Positions 1 to 5,507 of a stretch of 6,902 nt of DNA are shown piece by piece. The stretch comes from a virus (lineage: Duplodnaviria > Heunggongvirae > Uroviricota > Caudoviricetes). The notes beneath the pieces are model-generated. The model was not told where the DNA came from, did no database searches, and saw only the letters and a program-made list of their open reading frames with translations. Position 1 is the stretch's first letter; each line of letters opens with the position of its first letter. The DNA is taken from IMG/VR virus record IMGVR_UViG_2711768074_000020, positions 1 to 6,902 of that record; one strand, 5' to 3'. Made by a program: the position numbers and the translations under genes.

Positions 1-60
1 GAAAAAGTTCAAAAAATCGCTGCCGGGGAGGAAGGAAACTACCGGATGGAAAGAGTCCCC

Positions 61-555
61 CTAAAGCAGACTGACAGACATCACAAATCCCCGGGTGGGG
101 ATTTGTGTATAAGAGACAGCCTGCAACAGGGTGAGAATGGTTTTTAATTGCTCCGGTGAGAGCTGATTCAGCGGCGTCTGACCAAAGTTATGACGGATAT
201 AATCCGTGACCGCCTGACGATTATTCCCCAGACGTAAATACTCCCCTAATTGCGCTAAAAGCTGGCGGGCAGAATGGCTTTTTTGCGCGGCCAGCAGACG
301 TTGCGCCAGATTATGCTCAGCGGCAGGGAAGTGACGCGAAAGCAGCGGTGAATCTCCCGACAGACCAATATCGTGCCTGATACCCGCCCACAGTTCTGCT
401 CTTTGTTGTTGCGTCAGTGAGGTCACTTTCGTCATTAAGCTTTCCAGCGAAGTACGTTGCTGACTGGATAAAGGCTGATTGCCCGCGCCAGACGGCAGGT
501 TATCTCCCTGACCTGGTGGTTGCCCAGGAGGAGGGCCGGAAATAGGTTGTATCAT
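61..555 (-). CDS. Hypothetical protein with Pro/Gln/Gly-rich N-terminus; 3' end reads into an IS50/Tn5-like terminal repeat, so the C-terminus may be truncated or replaced
   Basis: 164-codon ORF in the supplied track; ATG at 555..553 preceded by AAGGA about 6 nt upstream (minus strand); N-terminal low-complexity PPPGQPPGQG segment followed by helical-looking sequence; the last ~19 codons overlap the IS-end-like 19-mer at 101..119. Family not recognised. Confidence 0.45.
   Translation of the reverse strand: MIQPISGPPPGQPPGQGDNLPSGAGNQPLSSQQRTSLESLMTKVTSLTQQQRAELWAGIRHDIGLSGDSPLLSRHFPAAEHNLAQRLLAAQKSHSARQLLAQLGEYLRLGNNRQAVTDYIRHNFGQTPLNQLSPEQLKTILTLLQAVSYTQIPTRGFVMSVSLL
101..119 (-). mobile_element. 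IS50/Tn5-like 19-bp terminal inverted repeat (terminus at 119; element body would extend left, off the window)
   Basis: Plus strand 101..119 ATTTGTGTATAAGAGACAG matches the Tn5 mosaic end AGATGTGTATAAGAGACAG at 17/19 positions and the IS50 outside end at 17/19 (reverse complement CTGTCTCTTATACACAAAT). It overlaps an 11-bp inverted repeat (82..92 / 97..107). Only one end is visible and no transposase is in the window. Confidence 0.35.
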
Positions 556-751
556 TACGTATCCTTATACCTGAAATCTTCGCAAGTATGCCTGGCCGCG
601 AGATTATGGCACACTTGTCCGGTTAACTCTCGTCTCATACAGGTAACACAAACGTGAAAATCCTTGTTGATGAAAAAAATGATGATTTAATTTATTGATA
701 TAAAAGGATTTATATCAGCACGTGTCCACGTAGTGACCACATTTTCGAGTT

Positions 752-795
752 ACAGATAACACAAAGCCCGTTTTCACGGGCTTTGTGTTATCTGT
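752..795. repeat. Perfect 20-bp inverted repeat with 4-nt loop (ACAGATAACACAAAGCCCGT-TTTC-ACGGGCTTTGTGTTATCTGT)
   Basis: Arms 752..771 and 776..795 are exact reverse complements; it lies 27 nt past the stop of the 823..1716 gene; there is no adjacent U-tract on either strand, so it is not a canonical intrinsic terminator. Confidence 0.6.
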
Positions 796-822
796 GATTG
801 TGGCTAAGCCACATGATTTATG

Positions 823-1716
823 CTATTTCCAGTTACAAGCAGCTTGAAGTGGTTTTAGCGCGTTTGACAGGCCGTTTAAATTGAAAGTTGCACTTACAGG
901 GCTCTCATTATAAGGAGTTATTTTTGTATACATTTTGTTTGAGTTGGCTAGTTTTCGGATGAAATCAATGTCATTACCTTTATAAAAAACAGCCTTTGTA
1001 TCTGTAGATACTAGCCAGTTTCGCTCAACTGCTTTCTGTTTATCAAGACGATAAAGCATGCTGGTTTGTTCAAGGCCTAAATATACATCCCAACTAAGAA
1101 ATACTTCGGTTTTCTTTTCTCGGCAAGCTATAAACAGAGTAGGAGTAACCGCTTCTCCAAATGGAGTTCTGATATAATCATCACTTTCTAACGATAAAAT
1201 TACATTTTTCGAATCATCAATTGGCGATGTAGTAATGGATGTGTGCCATTTTCCTACATCTGTGGCTTTCTCTAATTTTGATTCAGCTTGAACAGCTTTA
1301 TCCTGTGGGAATAGTTTATCGTAGCAGTTTAGTCTGGCTTCTTTATCATTTTCTGCTCGGCATTTAGATATCTCAGAAAGATTTGGTTGCTGAGCCTCTG
1401 TTGTTACTGGCTTTTCCGTTTTAGATTTTGAGTTTACAGATGGAGTAAATGTTGGAGAAAAAAAACGATCATAACAAGATAAACGTCTGTCATCATCTTT
1501 CTCATCAGGGCATTGATCTCTGCTTTCGAATTTTTCAGCAACTTTCGTTCGAGTCGGTTGTATTGACTTATCGTAACAAGAAAGTCTGTCTTTATTATTT
1601 TCTATTGCTCGGCACTGGAGTACTGCATTGAAGTTATTATGTTCAGTTGCTGCGTGAACAGGCAGTACACTAATTGATATAAATGATGCACCTATAGAAA
1701 AAATTATATTTTTCAT
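823..1716 (-). CDS. Secreted protein of unknown function with Sec signal peptide and three tandem C-x11-C-Y-D repeats plus a C-terminal ~150-aa domain
   Basis: 297-codon ORF; N-terminal MKN + hydrophobic core + VHA|A signal-peptidase I site, no lipobox Cys; repeats at residues 35-49, 69-83 and 119-133 (QCRAIENNKDRLSCYDK / QCPDEKDDDRRLSCYDR / KCRAENDKEARLNCYDK); AAGGA RBS 8 nt upstream, overlapping the end of the upstream gene (4-nt intergenic gap); AT-rich. Confidence 0.65.
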   Translation of the reverse strand: MKNIIFSIGASFISISVLPVHAATEHNNFNAVLQCRAIENNKDRLSCYDKSIQPTRTKVAEKFESRDQCPDEKDDDRRLSCYDRFFSPTFTPSVNSKSKTEKPVTTEAQQPNLSEISKCRAENDKEARLNCYDKLFPQDKAVQAESKLEKATDVGKWHTSITTSPIDDSKNVILSLESDDYIRTPFGEAVTPTLFIACREKKTEVFLSWDVYLGLEQTSMLYRLDKQKAVERNWLVSTDTKAVFYKGNDIDFIRKLANSNKMYTKITPYNESPVSATFNLNGLSNALKPLQAACNWK

Positions 1717-1720
1717 TTTG

Positions 1721-2053
1721 TTATCCTTTTGGTTTAGTAAGAAACACTAAAATTCCGATAATGATATCGCCAATAACCCATAAACTTCCAATGGTAATTA
1801 AACCTAAGCCTGTACCAATAACTGCACCGGCTTTTTCGGCATCGGATGTAGCATTATTTATTATTTCACTAGTGCCTCCCAGTCCAACTAAAAGCGTATA
1901 TATCATAAAAATATTAAATAATATAAAAATCCACTTAATGAGCTTTCCAAAAAATGAACGCTTAAGTTTTTTTATTTGTTTACCGCAAGCAGGGCAATAC
2001 AATGCTGAATCGCTCACCTCTTTCTGGCATTCAGGACATTTGATTAATGCCAT
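1721..2053 (-). CDS. Small zinc-ribbon membrane protein (N-terminal CPEC...CPAC ribbon, two predicted TM helices, glycine-zipper-like second helix)
   Basis: 110-codon ORF; ATG at 2053..2051 with AAGGAGG 7 nt upstream; CxxC-x10-CxxC at residues 6-23; hydrophobic stretches about 38-58 and 76-105 with G-x3-G spacing; AT-rich; first gene of an apparent two-gene operon. Confidence 0.65.
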   Translation of the reverse strand: MALIKCPECQKEVSDSALYCPACGKQIKKLKRSFFGKLIKWIFILFNIFMIYTLLVGLGGTSEIINNATSDAEKAGAVIGTGLGLITIGSLWVIGDIIIGILVFLTKPKG

Positions 2054-2107
2054 GTAATCCGCCTCCTTTGGATCAATACGAGTTGATATTTGTTACAAAA
2101 CATTTTG

Positions 2108-2135
2108 ATTTTATCAGATTTTTTTTTATTGATAA
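2108..2135 (-). promoter_or_regulatory. Putative sigma70-type promoter for the zinc-ribbon/secreted-protein operon
   Basis: On the minus strand, TTATCA (2135..2130), 16-nt spacer, TAAAAT (2113..2108), about 55 nt upstream of the ATG; A/T tract upstream. Hexamer matching by eye only. Confidence 0.2.
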
Positions 2136-2197
2136 GTGTCAATTGATTAGCTGGTATAGAGTGAGACATAAAGAAGGTCAGATCTGTATCAGTAGTG

Positions 2198-2233
2198 ATG
2201 CAAAAATCCCACAGTTTCATGGAATTTTTGCAT
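2198..2233 (-). terminator. Imperfect inverted repeat (ATGCAAAAATCC ... GGAATTTTTGCAT), candidate 3'-end structure of the Hok-like transcript or an operator
   Basis: 12/13-bp arms separated by 10-11 nt; lies about 80-120 nt past the Hok-like stop on the minus strand; no clean U-tract. Confidence 0.25.
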
Positions 2234-2283
2234 TTAGAGCCGTGAGATAGGGTGCCTTATCGACCTTACCCTGGCAACCGATT

Positions 2284-2305
2284 GACGGGGGATTACTCCC
2301 CCGTC
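2284..2305 (-). other. Stable hairpin (9-bp stem GACGGGGGA/TCCCCCGTC, 4-nt loop) immediately 3' of the Hok-like ORF
   Basis: Perfect 9-bp GC-rich stem 10 nt past the stop at 2317..2315; hok-family mRNAs are known to carry structured 3' ends. Confidence 0.35.
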
Positions 2306-2314
2306 GCGGTTTCC

Positions 2315-2455
2315 TTACTGCTTACACTGTAAGAACGCCGCAAACTCCGCTCCCCAGAAACTCATCCGTATTTCGCACAGCGAACCGTGCAACATCCAGA
2401 TGATGAGGATTACCGTCACGCAGAACGTGATGGCTGTAAGCGATTTTTGCGACAT
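2315..2455 (-). CDS. Hok/Gef (HokA/PndA-like) type I toxin family small membrane protein, 46 aa
   Basis: Translated by hand from the minus strand: MSQKSLTAITFCVTVILIIWMLHGSLCEIRMSFWGAEFAAFLQCKQ. N-terminal TM segment then W-M-x3-SLCE(I/L)-x8-E-x-AAFL-x-CK, in register with recalled HokA/PndA sequences (two conserved Cys). AAGGAG RBS 8 nt upstream. Absent from the ORF track, which appears to list only ORFs of 60 aa or more. Confidence 0.6.
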   Translation of the reverse strand: MSQKSLTAITFCVTVILIIWMLHGSLCEIRMSFWGAEFAAFLQCKQ

Positions 2456-2645
2456 AGCACTTGCTCCTTTTCCGGAGAGGCGCTAACCTTTCACTTGCTT
2501 AGGGTAGACGGTTAGGGCCTCGGTTAAACAAAAGTGTTTTCCGGGGCCTTTCCACATCTGGCCTTCGGGTATTCCCTCCGACCATCAGCCGAAAGGCACC
2601 CGCGCGTAATCTATCGCTTTTTTGTTACTCCGGCAATTCTGCTTG

Positions 2646-2906
2646 TTAATTCTGAGGTAAAGGCAAACTCATCTGATTGTTTCCCCTGTGTGAAGCTGGT
2701 AGCTCATGCCACGGGATACCTTCTGAAGAGTGAACGCCGGAGGCGTGTTTCGATGTGAATTTATGGAAAGCTTCCAGTGTTGAGAAGCATACGCCGCATT
2801 CCAGATTGTTACACTGGTAATACTTTTGCCGCACGGTGTTTGAATCATTTTCCGGACGACTTGTGCGGATACGGGCAGATGCGCCACAAAGCGGACAACG
2901 GAACAT
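2646..2906 (-). CDS. ogr: Ogr/Delta-family zinc-finger late-gene transcriptional activator (P2 Ogr-like)
   Basis: 86-codon ORF starting MFRCPLCGASARIRTSR...YYQCNNLEC: C-x2-C-x24-C-x4-C zinc-finger spacing and N-terminal MF-x-CPLC signature of Ogr; GGGAGG RBS 5 nt upstream; about 14 aa longer at the C-terminus than the ~72-aa P2 Ogr as recalled. Confidence 0.8.
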   Translation of the reverse strand: MFRCPLCGASARIRTSRPENDSNTVRQKYYQCNNLECGVCFSTLEAFHKFTSKHASGVHSSEGIPWHELPASHRGNNQMSLPLPQN

Positions 2907-3014
2907 AGCGACCTCCCTTAACGTGGTGTTGCCGCTATTCTAGATTGTACGATCCCTAATTCCAACTAACAGCTCGCTCTGTGCGAAGAGTGAAAATTGA
3001 ACTTTCAATAGTTG

Positions 3015-3043
3015 TTGAACTTCCATACATCCAATGTGAAAAT
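3015..3043 (+). promoter_or_regulatory. Putative sigma70-type promoter of the cargo gene
   Basis: TTGAAC (3015..3020), 17-nt spacer, GAAAAT (3038..3043) in a very AT-rich region about 55 nt upstream of the ATG at 3098; alternative -10 CATAAT at 3053..3058. Hexamer matching by eye only. Confidence 0.2.
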
Positions 3044-3097
3044 TCATACGTTCATAATAGTTAAAATTTAAAATATTGTATATCAGGTGAATAAAGC

Positions 3098-4120
3098 ATG
3101 GGAAGAGATATAACGCTGTACCCTAAAAAAGCAACTAGAAACGAACTTAAAAATTACCTTGAAAATTTAGGTTTTAAAAGGTGTAAACATTTGTGGGAAT
3201 GGCCCCAAGGAACGTTGAATTACTCTTGGTTTGATGATACGGACTTCAAATCTACAGATGGAGTTTCGGCTGATATATATCCTGTTTCAAATGACGAACT
3301 ACACATATCTGGTAATAAATGGGCATTGCATGTGCGTAATTTATATAGCGCTAGTTGGCATGATGTAAAAATGCTTAATGATGTTCTAAAAGGCGCACGG
3401 AGTCTTTTTGGTGGAACACTTATAGGTGATTATGGGAAAAATAGGTACGCTCCTCTATGGAAGGATTCTAGTAGTCCGATCAGTCGTGGCATTTCTTCAA
3501 TATTTAATCATGTCCATCATGAGATTTCCGCTGTTAAACATGCCTTACCTGAACCTTCTATTAAATTAAACCTACCGGAAGATGGCGGCTTATCCGAATA
3601 CTTTGATTACATGCAATGTATGGATCCCAGTAGAGTTATATATAATGGATTAGTACCTTTTGCGGTTGCTATGTTTGAATATTTTTTCTCTAGAGCTTTT
3701 CAAATACTTATAAAGTACGATCCTTTCGCAATAGCAAAAAGAACATCGTATAAGCAAAAAGTTGATTTTGATATTCTGCTTGAGATAGAGAAAGGAAATA
3801 TTTCAATAGAAAGTGTTATTGCAAGAAATTACACTTTTCAAAACTTAACCCACCTAAACAAAGCATATAAAGAGTGGCTGGATATAGATGTGAGAGCGAT
3901 TCTTTATAAGAAAAAAAGAATTGGAAAATCAGTTGATTTTCTTGAGAATCGAATTTCTGAAATCATACAATATAGACATGGGATAGTTCATCACTTTGAG
4001 TTGGATAGGACCTTAAATCGGGATGGATATATTCATATATTAGATGCGATAGAAAAAAGCATAATTGAATTTATCCATTACATAGAAGGCAAATACAAAT
4101 TTAAATTAAATGCGTATTAA
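3098..4120 (+). CDS. Hypothetical 340-aa protein, AT-rich moron between D and ogr; helical C-terminal region with an R-x4-H (HEPN-like) motif; candidate abortive-infection/defence protein
   Basis: 340-codon ORF on the strand opposite both flanking phage genes; AGGTG RBS about 8 nt upstream; sampled GC roughly one-third versus over one-half in D and FI (counted by eye); motif YRHGIVHHF at residues 292-300; no recognisable Walker or other catalytic motif in the N-terminal half. Confidence 0.75.
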   Translation: MGRDITLYPKKATRNELKNYLENLGFKRCKHLWEWPQGTLNYSWFDDTDFKSTDGVSADIYPVSNDELHISGNKWALHVRNLYSASWHDVKMLNDVLKGARSLFGGTLIGDYGKNRYAPLWKDSSSPISRGISSIFNHVHHEISAVKHALPEPSIKLNLPEDGGLSEYFDYMQCMDPSRVIYNGLVPFAVAMFEYFFSRAFQILIKYDPFAIAKRTSYKQKVDFDILLEIEKGNISIESVIARNYTFQNLTHLNKAYKEWLDIDVRAILYKKKRIGKSVDFLENRISEIIQYRHGIVHHFELDRTLNRDGYIHILDAIEKSIIEFIHYIEGKYKFKLNAY

Positions 4121-4148
4121 GCAATCAACCTTACATAGGGATGACAAA

Positions 4149-4172
4149 GTCCGCTTCTGACACGGAGCGGAC
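4149..4172. terminator. Putative bidirectional terminator hairpin between the convergent cargo gene and D
   Basis: 9-bp stem (one G·U pair) with 6-nt loop, GTCCGCTTC-TGACAC-GGAGCGGAC; T-rich sequence follows on the plus strand and TTTGTCAT on the minus strand; lies between the stops at 4120 (+) and 4241 (-). Confidence 0.4.
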
Positions 4173-4240
4173 CGTCGTTTATGTTTAATTCTATACTGTA
4201 AACTTGCCAGTTTAAGTCTGAGCTAATATGTCTAAGTTGC

Positions 4241-5350
4241 TCACTCTGTTTCTGCTATCCATTCCGGGATTTTTGCCTCAAGCTCAAGCTGTGTGGTAAA
4301 GCCGCTGTTATCAATGGTGTGCTCGGCTTTTGCAATAATCCAGTCCTGATTATCAATCTCGCTTTTAAAGCCTGTTACCGTGCCATGCATTTCGGGGTAG
4401 AGTTCTGCGCGTCCGCGTGCCAGCATGATGGAGAATGATGCGGCTCCGCGTTGTAGCTGCTGCCACTTTGCCGCCGCTGCGCGTCTTGCTGCCTGCTCGT
4501 TCTGATAAGTCTTGCGTAACACAAACACATTGCCTTCCGCGCCTTCCATATAATCACCTTCACGGCTGCTGCTTTTCTCCTTTTTGGGTTTTGGCGGTTT
4601 GCGGCGTTTCACGCTGACTTTTTTCTTTTTCCCGTAATTAAGATCAAGCCAGTAGGCGCGTACACCCGTATACGCCTCGCGGTCAGCAATGCGGAACTGA
4701 TGGCGATCGCCGCTGCTGCGTGTGATGGCAAACGATGGCAACGGCTGGCCCTGCGCGTTCACGCCACCTCCGGGCATGATGAATAACAGATTACCGCTTT
4801 TTACCGTGGTGATTGCGCCCAGCATTTCCGCCATGCGCGTAAGGAAGGACATGTCGCTTTCTTCGGTCTGGTCGGCGTGGTCGATTTCGATATCCATCAG
4901 CATTTCGCTGATTTGCGGTTTCAGACCATACCGATGAGCGATGGCGGATACCACACGCTCAACGGTCACATCATGCCAGGACACCTCACGTTTAACGTTA
5001 AATTCATCCCGAAAATCTGCGCTTCTGGCTGAAACAGTCAGCCTGTCCGGCGGTCCTTCGTGAGCGATTTCATCAACAATGTAAGTGCCTTTTTCTGTCA
5101 GCGGTTCCCCTTTCCAGCCAATGAGAACCGTCAGACGCGCGCCCCGTGGCGGTAGCTGCAACTGGCCATCGGCATCATCCAGCGTGATGGTGAGCTGGTC
5201 CGCCTCAAATCCCCGGTTGTCGGTCAGTGACAGGTTCATCAGGCGTTCTGCCACGCCGGACAGCGTTTTACCCTCGGCGAGAATATCAAAATCCGGCATT
5301 TTCACGGGGTCTGTGCCCTGACTGAGCAATTGCATGGTGGTGTCGGTCAT
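4241..5350 (-). CDS. D: P2 gpD-like tail protein (late control gene D / gp27-VgrG-like baseplate hub family)
   Basis: ORF track gives 4241..5482, but the ATG at 5350 has a strong GGAGGGAG Shine-Dalgarno 3 nt upstream, whereas the 44-codon upstream extension is Ser/Thr/Arg-rich with no RBS. The 369-aa product is close to P2 gpD in size; motifs such as ESDMSFLTRMAEMLG resemble the gp27/VgrG N-terminal hub fold; same strand as and adjacent to ogr. Confidence 0.7.
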   Translation of the reverse strand: MTDTTMQLLSQGTDPVKMPDFDILAEGKTLSGVAERLMNLSLTDNRGFEADQLTITLDDADGQLQLPPRGARLTVLIGWKGEPLTEKGTYIVDEIAHEGPPDRLTVSARSADFRDEFNVKREVSWHDVTVERVVSAIAHRYGLKPQISEMLMDIEIDHADQTEESDMSFLTRMAEMLGAITTVKSGNLLFIMPGGGVNAQGQPLPSFAITRSSGDRHQFRIADREAYTGVRAYWLDLNYGKKKKVSVKRRKPPKPKKEKSSSREGDYMEGAEGNVFVLRKTYQNEQAARRAAAAKWQQLQRGAASFSIMLARGRAELYPEMHGTVTGFKSEIDNQDWIIAKAEHTIDNSGFTTQLELEAKIPEWIAETE

Positions 5351-5507
5351 CTGCTCCCTCCCTGTGTGGCATGGTCGCATGTGCGTGCGGAGGGGGTTAC
5401 TGCTTTTTGTTGTCGCCGTGGCGGGAGAACGGCGCAGGGGTGAGATTACGCGCGTGGTGGGTGATGATTGTTGCCGAATCATTTAACGGATACAAGGGGC
5501 TGAAGCT
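5351..5507. promoter_or_regulatory. Divergent intergenic region between D (-) and FI (+), presumably carrying late promoter(s)
   Basis: 157-bp GC-rich spacer between two divergent start codons, each with its own RBS (AGGGG 8 nt upstream of the FI ATG). No clear TGT-N12-ACA Ogr-type dyad was seen by eye. Confidence 0.3.

Noticed and set aside
1449-2057. Plus-strand ORFs 1449..1631 and 1761..2057 antisense to the secreted-protein and zinc-ribbon genes
   Set aside because: Antisense to ORFs that have signal-peptide and zinc-ribbon/TM features plus RBSs; the products are low-complexity with no start signals.
2047-2250. 67-aa plus-strand ORF in the AT-rich region upstream of the zinc-ribbon gene
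   Set aside because: Starts inside the 5' end of the zinc-ribbon gene on the opposite strand, has no RBS, and spans what looks like promoter and terminator DNA.
2250-2660. Search for the P2 attachment core (AAAAAATAAGCCCGTGTAAGGGAGATT, the 3' end of the CyaR sRNA) or a tRNA gene downstream of ogr to locate the prophage end
   Set aside because: Neither the P2 core nor a tRNA-like sequence was found by eye; the region instead holds the Hok-like locus. The prophage boundary cannot be placed from this window.
2534-2887. ORFs 2534..2758 (+) and 2669..2887 (-) overlapping the Hok-like leader and ogr
   Set aside because: They overlap the Ogr-family gene, whose zinc-finger signature is clear, and the structured Hok leader; neither has a start signal or recognisable motif.
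4375-5321. Alternative-frame ORFs inside the gpD-like gene (4375..4563 -, 4435..4617 +, 4722..4937 +, 5085..5321 +)
   Set aside because: They overlap a gene with clear family signatures; no independent start signals seen; composition typical of spurious frames.
5351-5482. 44-codon N-terminal extension of the gpD-like ORF (ORF track start at 5482)
   Set aside because: No RBS at 5482, and the extension is a Ser/Thr/Arg-rich translation of GC-rich intergenic DNA; the internal ATG at 5350 has a strong GGAGGGAG Shine-Dalgarno, so I start the gene there.
5351-5507. Ogr-dependent late promoter dyad (TGT-N12-ACA) upstream of FI or D
   Set aside because: I found no instance with correct spacing by eye, so I annotate only a generic divergent regulatory region.
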